Of a DNA stretch of 64,000 bases, positions 53,788 through 64,000 are shown piece after piece. Within the stretch, counting starts at the first letter, position 1; each line of letters begins with the position of its first letter. Source of the stretch: Octopus vulgaris (taxonomy: Eukaryota); assembly GCA_951406725.2 (NCBI GenBank), contig OX597821.1:86800001-86864000 (forward strand), read 5' to 3'. Under the pieces are notes generated by a model, which saw only the letters and a list, made by a program, of their open reading frames with translations, made no database searches and was not told the origin of the DNA. The position numbers and the translations under genes were made by a program.

Positions 53788-54457
53788 TACTCTTTTACTC
53801 TTTTACTTGTTTCAGTCATTTGACTGCGGCCATGCTGGAGCACCGCCTTTTTAGTCGAGCAAATCGACCCCGGGACTTATTCTTTGTAAGCCCAGTACTT
53901 ATTCTATCGGTCTCTTTTGCCGAACCGCTAAGTGACAGGGACGTAAACACACCAGCATCGGTTGTCAAGCAATGCTAGGGGGACAAACACGGACACACAA
54001 ACACACACACACATCATCATCATCATCATCATCATCGTTTAGCGTCCGTTTTCCATGCTAGCATGGGTTGGACGGTTCTACTGGGGTCTGTGAAGCCAGA
54101 AGGCTTCATCAGGCCCAGTCAAATCTGGCAGTGTTTCTACGGCTGGATGCCCTTCCTAACGCCAACCACTCCGTGAGTGTAGTGGGTGCTTTTTACGTGC
54201 CACCCGCACTGGTGCCAGACAGAGCTGGCAAACGGCCACGAACGGATGGTGCTTTTTATGTGCCACCGGCACGAGGGCCAGGCATACATATGTACGACAG
54301 GCTTCTTTCAGTTTCCGTCTACCAAATCCACTCACAAGGGATTGGTTGGCTCGGGGCTATAGCAGAAGACACTTGCCCAAGATGCCATGCAGTGAGACTG
54401 AACCCGGAACCACGTGGTTGGTTAGCAAGCTACTTACCACACAGCCACTCCTGCACC
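53788..54457 (-). mobile_element. SINE-A split by a nested SINE-C (~54013-54282)
   Basis: A-tail half at 53788-54012 and A-head half at 54283-54457, with the C copy in the internal microsatellite. Confidence 0.85.
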
Positions 54458-55023
54458 TATGTATATATTGATTTAACAAGTTAACTAGCGAGTTGATTTT
54501 GTAGCTGAAGTGTAATGGTACATCTCTGATGAGGAAACAAAATTTTTGAAAACACATGGCAACCTACTGTGCTTGAAGTGACCTATTGAGTAAAGTACAT
54601 CAACATCAAAATAAAAATCAAATGAAAATTGTCGTTGTGATACCCGTACCGGTGGCACGTAAAATGCACCAACCGATTGTGGCCGTCGCCAGCCTCCTTT
54701 GGCCCCTGTGTTGGTAGCATGTAAAAAGCACCCATTACACTCACGAAGTGGTTGGCGTTAGGAAGAGCATCTGGCTGTTGAAACACTGCCAGATCAGACA
54801 GAGTTTTCCCAGACCCCAGTCAAACCGTCCAACCCATGCTAGCATGGAAAACGGTCATTAAGTGATGATGATGATGATGTCTGTAAAAGGCTTCCTAGTT
54901 ATTTTTCTCTTTAATTAATCAAATGATCAAATGCTTTTGAATCACCTATAATCCAATCCTTCATATATATAATTATAAATTTACTTAGATTATTATACCT
55001 GCTTCAGGTGTGTTTGTGCACAT

Positions 55024-55064
<41 letters not shown>

Positions 55065-56963
55065 CCAAATTCTCAGTCCACTATTCTTGTAGGATAATTG
55101 GGGTACAGTTCACTGGCAGCTCCTTTATAAGATGCTATCAGAAGCAAGGATCATTTCTGGCTGGGTTCCTATACATGATCAACTGAAATTATGAATAGTA
55201 TCCAACCATTTCATTCTCCTGTTGGTTGGCTCAGCTTGAAGAATCCATCTTGCAATTCTTTCCTATGACATTCTAATAACATGTCCATAATAACAGAGCT
55301 GTAAAATCTCAATGCAGAGAAGCAGAATGTGAGCTTGTATTTATATATATAAGGTGGCGAGCTGGCAGACACGTTAGTGTGTTGGGCGGAATGCTTAGCG
55401 GTATTTCGTCTGTCGATACGTTCTCAGTTCAAATTCCGCCGAGGTCGACTTTGCCTTTCATCCCTTCGGGGTTGATAAATAAAAGTACCAGTTTCGCACT
55501 GGGTTCGATGTAATCGACTTAATCCCTTTGTTTGTCCTTGTTTGTCCCTTCTATGTTTAGCCCCTTGTGAGCAATAAAGAAATATATACACATTGTCATT
55601 AACACTATTTCCAGTAGTGTTCATATTCTGAGCTGGCATGGGTTGGACAATGAGACGGGATCCAACAGGTCGGAAGACTATGTTGAGCTTCAATGTCTGT
55701 TTTGCCACAGCTTCCCATGGTTGGATGGCCTTTCTAATGCCAAACACTTTACAGATTGTAGTGGGTACTTGTTTTTTTCATGCCATCAGTACTAGCGAGT
55801 TCACCAGTGACATGACCTCCTCTTCCTCGCACACACAAAAACACAAAGTACAACATATTGTTGAACCTGGGACTTTGAAGAAATTTGAAATGGACATTGG
55901 ATGCTAAATGGTGATAATAATGATGATGATGATGATGATGATAATTGGAAATGAGTCATCAGACCTAATCAGTGGAAAAAAGGAAGGTACGAGACATGAA
56001 TTAATTTAAGTGATTCTATCTCAAATCTGTTTATGTGTGTCTGTGCATGAGAGTATTAATTGTAAAGATATAATAATGGCAGAATGTGATAATGTAGAGT
56101 GGTGTGGTGGTTGTTATAGTCTTAAAATAGTGTATGTAATATGGCATGAACAGTTGTTGGTCCCTTACAAAATGTAGATACGCTGTACACCTGGGAACCA
56201 ATTGCAACAGAGGGACTGTAATAACAGCGACTTCCCATCGAATTTAAATTACGTCTGAGAAAAAGCTGCCCAACACTTTATCCATTTGCCTATTTGTTTT
56301 CTTGTGTCATGTTTTCCTTTTCTGATTTCTGCTGTTACACTAACAATCTCTGTTCTGATGAACTCACCTACAATCATTTGATATACTGTCTTCCTACCCA
56401 ACTTCTTGAAACTACAGCAAATTTGATATTTTATTACTAGTCTTTTAGTCAACACTATTTTCTATAATCCCATTTGTTAAGCCAAAGATGGCTTAGAATA
56501 TCTAAAAAAAAAATAATGGTTATTTTTATTTTATTTTATCTAGTTTCAGCTCACGAGCTGTGGCCATGCTGGGGCACCGCCATTAGTGATTTGTTTCTCA
56601 GCATTAACGTTTCATTAATATTGTAGTGCCTTTCCTGTTGCCAACCTTCACCTGTTTTCATATAAAGTAATATTCTCCCATGGCCTGACATTTTTTTCAC
56701 AGAAGACTGGAAATGAACAACACTGCTTGTATGACAGTGAGGATCATTTACAAACTTGACATCAAAACAAAGGTACACACACATGTATAATGAACTCTTT
56801 CAGCTCCTGTTAATCAAATCTACTCCCTAGGATACAGTTAGCCTGGTGGTATAGTAGATGACACTTGCCCAGGATGAACTCAAAAGTACATAACTGGGAA
56901 GTAAGCATCTTAACCATACAGTCATGCCTGTACACACACATACACATGTGCACAAACACACAC

Positions 56964-57266
56964 ATATAAATATATAAAAGTGAAGTTGTGTGAGTGTCTG
57001 TCTCCTATGATTTAGATTCCTAACTACTCCCACAATTTGCGGTGCAGTTTAACCAAAACCAGGTATCTTATAGTTGATTCATATCGAGCCCCTCTGGATA
57101 TTAGCGCGCGTCTACGATGAGTCTACGATTTAAAAAAAAAATTTACCATAATTTTTTCCCATTTTTAATGCATTTTTTTGCTATTATATAAGGGAAGTAA
57201 CTCTCTAAAAATGCTTATATAGTTATTTCCCTTACAAACCCTAGCAACGCCGGGCGATACTGCTAG
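56964..57266 (+). mobile_element. Non-autonomous Helitron
   Basis: 5' TATATAAAAGTGAAGTTGTG; subterminal hairpin CCCTAGC-AAC-GCCGGG; 3' CTAG|T. Confidence 0.78.
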
Positions 57267-58429
57267 TTATATATAAATATATATATATATATATTGGTTT
57301 AGTGCTCTCTGAAACAGATTTTCTATGGTTGTAAGCTCTTCCAGTTGTTAAGCCTCATCTATTTTCAAGCAAAGCAAATTCTTCCCATAGCTAAACTTTT
57401 CCACAGAAGGCTGGAAACAGGTGACACTCATTTGTAACTGTTACATGATGACCAAACAAGGACACAGTGAGCTCTCCCTCCCTCACAAACACACACACAT
57501 ATATATATACACACATAAACACACATATATGCACCATGGGCTTCTTTCAGTTTCTGCTCCACAAATCCACTCAAGGCTTCAGTCTGCTTGGAGCTGTAGA
57601 AGACAGTTGCTCAAGATGTCACACAGTGGGACTGAACCTGAACCCATTCAGCCATGCCTATGTATATATAGGGAAAGTGCACAAATATAGGCTCAGGAGT
57701 GGCTGTGTGGTAAGTAGCTTGCTTACCAACCACATGGTTCCGGGTTCAGTCCCACTGCGTGGCATGTTGGGCAAGTGTCTTCTGCTATAGCCCCGGGCCA
57801 ACCAGTGCCTTGTGAGTGGATTTGGTAGACGGAAACTGAAAGAAGCCAGTCGTATATATATATATATATATATATAAGTGTGTGTGTGTCCCCCTAGCAT
57901 TGCTTGACAACCGATGCTAGTGTGTTAACGTCCCTGTCACTCAGCGGTTCAGCAAAAGAGACCGATATAATAAGTACTGGACCTACAAAGAATAAGTCCC
58001 GGGGTTGATTTGCTCAACTAAAGGCGGTGCTCCAGCATGGCTGCAGTCAAATGACTGAAACAAGTAAAAGAGTAAAGAGTAAGAGTAAACTTGTAGATTG
58101 AGTGTTTGGCTCACAATTATATGTTTCATAATAATGTCATGCTTCCAATTCCTAGACTGAGCAGCTTGTTGAGTCCTTGAGCAAGTTGCTCTAGGTAACT
58201 CAGATGGAAATTAGTACGAGCTGAGTTCCGGTGCAGCTCTTTCTCCTTCTGGTGGTTACAACCTGGATGTGCCACTGAGTCAAAAAGGGGGGACGGTTGA
58301 GAATGTGTCTAAGTCTGCTTGCAACTATACAGGCATCAAAAACAAATAGAGAAAAGCTATGGTACATGTTACTAAGCCATACTCATTCGTGGGAGACAGC
58401 TGGGTCTCAGATGTATATGTATGTATATT

Positions 58430-58490
<61 letters not shown>

Positions 58491-58620
58491 TTGTGTTTAT
58501 TTGTTCCGAATGCTTGTGATGTATGTATGGCTATTTGTAAAAGTAAGGTATAGAAAAATCATGAAACATTTGCTGCTGAGGTAACTCTAGAGTCAGAGTA
58601 GAGTCAAATTTATTGTGATG

Positions 58621-58621
58621 T

Positions 58622-58652
<31 letters not shown>

Positions 58653-58692
58653 GCATGTGTGCATATGTATGTATATGTATGTGTGTGTGTGC

Positions 58693-58739
<47 letters not shown>

Positions 58740-58905
58740 CATATGTATATATATATATATACATGTATGTGTGTGCATATGTATATATATATATATACAT
58801 GTATGTGTGTGCATATGTATATATATATATATACATGTATGTGTGTGCATATGTATGTATGTATGTATGTGTATATATATATACACATACATATACACAT
58901 ATGTA
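58621..58905. repeat. Microsatellite-derived ~36-bp tandem repeat
   Basis: GTATGTGTGTGCATATGTATATATATATATATACAT x4-5. Confidence 0.88.
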
Positions 58906-60535
58906 TAAATGTGTGTACGTATTTACACAAATTATACTTTATCAATATCACAACATTAAATTATGTTATCACACATATTGTATATGGTAGAGAAGACAGC
59001 TGACCCCAAATAAACAACATTAAAACTAAAAAAATTCTTAAAACTATCATTATAATCCTCTAGTTCTTGTGAAGACTATTTCATTCCTCTGTCTACACTT
59101 TTGCATTTAAAGTCATGTATAATACTAATGATAGATGGTTGGTATAAAAGGGTAGTTAGACTCGCCCAAAATAATAATGCTGGTGAAAAAGATATTTTGC
59201 TGTTTAAACATTAATAGCATTGACTTCAAAATTCATTTCATGTTAAAATAGTTTACTAATAATTATCATCGGATTTGACATCCACTTTTCCATGCAATTG
59301 GATGGATCAAATGTACTTCATTTAGGCTGGGTTTCTTTTTAAGGCCATATGCCTTTCCTCATCTGTTAACGAGCAAGGTAATATTTTAAGGACATAATTT
59401 TAAGGAAGATTGAAAGCAAATAACACCTTTTGTATGAAGGTGATACTCAATTGCAACTATCACATGATATAAAAGCGACCAGAGACACAACATACATGCA
59501 TTCAGATTGCAGCTACCAAATTTACTTACAAGACCGGTTAGCCCAAACAGTGAAATTGGAAAATGTAGTTGGGAAGTGACCACCATAACCACACACTCAT
59601 GTTTATGTTTACTAAGTATATACAAACATAGCAGAACATGGTTGGATGGTAGAAATGTTATGTCTATAGCCTTTTCAGTGTCCAAATCCGACCAAAGTGA
59701 ATACAGATTCCAATAATATACCAAATAACTCCAACTGAATACATACCTTCTCAACAATTTTATAGCTCTGTCTCATAGTAAGAAACTAATACTATACGTA
59801 AGATGATTGATTGATTAGTTAAAGGAAACTAATTATAAAACACACACAAATATTTGCCAGGCTCTCCACCAGTTATGAGAGTGAGTGTTCCAGTTGATTC
59901 CATTAGTGGAACAGCCTGCTTGTGAAATTAACATGCAAGTTACTGAACACTCCACAGACATGTGTAACCCTTAATCTAGTTCCCAGGGAGATTCAACATG
60001 ATACAGAATGTGACAAAGCTAGCCCGTTAACTACAGTGTACAACTCAATTTTTCTAGCTGAGTGGACTGGAGTAAAGTGAGATAGCATCTTGTTCGAGGA
60101 CACAACATGCTGCTGGATATCAACCTCATGACCTTATAATCATGAGCTGAATATCCCTAACCACCTAGCCACGTACTTTCATATATATATACACCTGGCC
60201 CCCTGGCGTTAGGAAGGGCATCCAGCTGTAGAAACACTGCCAGATCAGACTGGGCCTGATGCAGCCTTCTGGCTTTACAGACCCCAGTTGAACCGTCCAA
60301 CCCATGCTAGCATGGAAAGCCGACGCTAAATTATGATGATGATATATATATATAGGCAAGTGGCCAATTAAAGTATCACTCAGCACATTTGGTAGGAGTT
60401 ACATATATTAATATAGCCAAACATCTAAAAGCAGTCTTGAATTTGTCTCAAATCTCTCATACTTCTAATATCTGATAAGATGGATATGCTCTACACACCA
60501 CAAAACTGACATTCAGAGCTGCATGAAACTGTTAT

Positions 60536-60577
<42 letters not shown>

Positions 60578-61171
60578 TGTGATCACATGACCGACCAGGA
60601 TATCAGATGTTGCTACACATCGCTGGTCACAATGCTGTTTTTGCATTGTTTTAGCCTTAAAATGATGCCACCCCGCTGGCTAAGCGAGCAGGCCAACAAA
60701 AGAAAGAGTGAGAGAAAGTTGTGGCGAAAGAGTACAGCAGGGATTGCCACTAGACCCAGCAGGAGCCTCGTGGATCTTTAGATGTTTTTGCTCAATAAAC
60801 AATCACAACGCCTGGTCTGGGAATTAAAACCGCGATCCTACAACCACGAGTCCGCTGCCCTAACCAATGGGCCATTGCGCCTCCACACATATATATATTT
60901 ATATATATATGTGTGTGTGATAAAATATTTTTTTAAATTTTAATTTTTTTAACCATTTAAAATTCAGTTTTTTTCCAGAGCAAGAAGGCAGAGCGGAGTT
61001 AAGTGTTCATAAATATTGGCATATGAATTATTGGACTGCTTTTACAGCTGTATGTTTGGTCTTCCTGCTACTGAGCCCATGGTAGGATTGAGCATATTGT
61101 CAGTCATTCATAAAACATTTGTATTTTAAACAAACAAGTATGTGGGTTTTCTGTAATGAGTTGAGAAGCAG

Positions 61172-61546
61172 TGACAAGTGACAATTCTGTAAATTAATAA
61201 TAGTATTTTGTAAGCAATCAGCATGTATTCACTAAAGAAAATAGTATAATATTGGGGCATATAAACCCCTCAATGGAAAAAAGTGGATTTTCCATATGCA
61301 TGAGATGTGAACCTACACCTCTATATTATAAGTGTACTACTATTACACCTATGTACCCATTCATTTCTTCCAATTAGTGTCATTTTTTAAAGAAGTGTGT
61401 GCATTTCCCATGTGTATGGGAAACCCACTTTTTAACCCTCGGGGGCTTACACACCCCAGTATCAAATTATTTTCTTAAGTCAAGAAACAGTGATTGCTTA
61501 TAAAATATCATTATTTACAGAATATTTATGTAGTTTTCACTTGTCA
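61172..61546. mobile_element. Old fold-back/MITE with ~140-bp diverged inverted arms
   Basis: TGACAAGTGA...TCACTTGTCA termini; internal mirrored motifs TAAGCAATCA/TGATTGCTTA and AAAAAGTGG/CCACTTTTT. Confidence 0.72.
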
Positions 61547-62699
61547 TCCAGGCAGACTGAGGCTAGTAAATTTACACTGATTTCCCAGGTGCACATCATC
61601 ATCGTTCTTTAACATCCATTTTCCATGCTGGTATGGGTTGGATGGTTTGACCAGAGTTGGCAAGTAGGAGAGCTGCACCACATTCTAATCAGATTTGGCT
61701 TAGTTTTTATGGTTTGATGCCCTTCCTAAAATCAACCACTTTACAGAGTGCGCTGAGTGCTTTTTACATGGCACTGGTATGGACGTATTATATGTGGCAC
61801 TGACAAGTGCTTTTTGTTGGTTACTAACACATAGCTCTTGCAAGCCAATTCATATGATTTTAGCAAGGTTTAAGCTATACTACTTCACTGCTAGTTAAGG
61901 TTCTTATGTTATATAAACCATCTGCACTGTGCAGTGTGTATTGTCAAGACACCTAAGTGTTAATGGCTGAGTTTACATAACTCTAAATAGATTCGATGGG
62001 ATGATATATAATTCACCAATTTAAATATCACAATTTTGGTTTCAATTTTTGGCTCAAGGCCAGCAATTCCAGGCGAAGTGGGGAAGTCTATTACACTGAC
62101 CCCAGTGTTTAACTGGTACTTGTTTCATCAACCCTGAAAGGATGAAAGGCAAAGTTGACCTTGGCAGAATTTGAACTCAGAATGTAAAGACAGATGAAAT
62201 GCCACTTAACATTTTGCACGGTGTATCAACAGTTCTGCCAGCTTACTATCAATAATTTGGTGGGAAAAACTAAGTATGATAAGACACTGCTCTGTATTTC
62301 AACATCTTGAAGCTATAGAAAGCAGAGACAAACACTAAGCCCTATGGATATTTGGAACTATGAAAATGATTATTTATGCTGTAATTACTGTACGATACTA
62401 TTATATTATGAAGTGTTAATAGGTTTGAGCTCATTATTCTTACTGAATCATGTCTCAGCAAATAGCCAAATTGTTAATCAGTGAATTTTTAAATAAAAGG
62501 CAAGAAAAACTTGGTTAATTTATTGCATTTTTTTTTTCTTAAAATGATCAACTTTTATTATTTTGCTTTTATTATAAAATAAAATGAAAATCAAATCAGG
62601 TAAAAATCCACAACACAGATTAAAGGAGGGGAGGAGAAGAGCAGGGGAGTGAAAAATTTAATGGGAGGGGAGGGGAAATGAGAAACAAATAAAACCCGA

Positions 62700-62763
62700 T
62701 AAATATGAGAGCATGGTAAACTGTATAGATATATCATAAGCATGGTATATCTAACATACAAAA

Positions 62764-62806
<43 letters not shown>

Positions 62807-62991
62807 ATAATTCATTATATACCATAAGCCAGCAACATGTTATATCTAAATTTTAAAATCATAAATATTACCATAAGCCAGCATGGTATAAACCTAATAT
62901 ATAAAATTATAGGTTATGCCATATCCATCAGCATAGTATATATATAATGTATAAAATTATACAGATACACTATGAGCAACCATGTGATTTC

Positions 62992-63022
<31 letters not shown>

Positions 63023-63110
63023 AAATCACAGATCAGCAGTATAGTATAGCTTAATGTATATAAAAATCATTAATATACCATAAGTCACTATGTGGTATAT
63101 CCATATAAAA
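62700..63110. repeat. Degenerate ~50-bp minisatellite
   Basis: Recurrent ACCATAAGCCAGCATGGTATAT..TATAAAAT units. Confidence 0.7.
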
Positions 63111-64000
63111 TTATCCATTATCAGTGTGTGTTAGGGTTGGAAAAACATTGATACTCAATAACAAAACAGTCAGTCCAATAAAGACGTATTTTTTTTTTTC
63201 TGCCTTTATTTTTACTCATTTGTTAGAATGATTCCACAATTTTTTTGTTTACCTGTGAAGATTCAGATATAGCTGCACACAATAAGAGTTTAAGCAGTCA
63301 GCAGGATATCAGAGACTTGATGGTAGAAAAGGTAGGGTTAAGTTAGGGCATCATCGCAGAGTTTTTTTTGCGCTTTTCTCTCTCTTCTTTTTTTTTAGAG
63401 TAGTAGGCTGAGTGCATAGATCTGATAGGGTGGGGAAGTCATAGAATATTTGATGTAAAGAAGGAAGAATCTGGAACTCGTAAAACAAATGCATACTATG
63501 TAATTTGTTTTTGTTTATGTGTGTATATTGTTTATCGTTTACTTGTTTCAGTCATTAAACTGTGGCCATGCTGGGGCACAGCCTTGAAGGGTTTAGTTGA
63601 ACAAATTGACCCCATGGCTATTTTTCTTTTTTAAAGTCTGGTACTTATTTCTATAGGTCTCTTTTACTAAACCACTAAGTTATGGGGGATGTAAACAAAC
63701 CAGCACCAGTTGTTAAGTGATGGCAGTAGTGTGGGGAACAAACACAAAAGGACGCACAACACATATATGACAGGCTTCCACACAGTTTCCGTCCACCATT
63801 CACAAGGCAGTGGTCAGCATGAGGCGATAGAAGAAGACATTTACTCAAGGTGTTGGGCAGTGGGACTGAACCCAAAACCACATGGTTGCAAAGTGGGCTC
63901 CTTAACCACATAAACATACCCGCACACACACACACATATATATGTATATACTCTTTACTCTCTCTTTTACTTGTTTCAGTCATTTGACTGCGGTCATGCT

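Overview
Gene-free, repeat-saturated eukaryotic DNA. The SINE families and the density of (TA)n/(CA)n/(TATG)n microsatellites suggest an octopod/coleoid cephalopod; this is recognition from memory and is not verified. Positions 1-4831 are a G/T-rich 13-bp satellite with higher-order structure, joined directly to a truncated Neptune-type Penelope-like element (PLE). The rest contains CR1-group, RTE, R4/Dong-like and other LINE fragments, a Naiad-like PLE, at least five tRNA-derived or LINE-tailed SINE families, Tc1/mariner, hAT and piggyBac-like MITEs, a non-autonomous Helitron, two LTR-like pieces and several minisatellites. No host protein-coding exon can be supported, and most ORFs in the track are repeat artefacts. 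The main unexplained signal is about 13-15 hammerhead-ribozyme (HHR) motifs on both strands, found by eye. They sit in short non-coding cassettes inserted into (TA)n tracts, in fold-back elements with one ribozyme per arm, in the 3' regions of both PLEs, and in the body of a tRNA-headed SINE. Several share a non-canonical 8-nt core (CYGNNRAA). Together they suggest a PLE-driven system of ribozyme-bearing non-autonomous retroelements associated with TA microsatellites. All coordinates were read manually; SINE/LINE boundaries are approximate.
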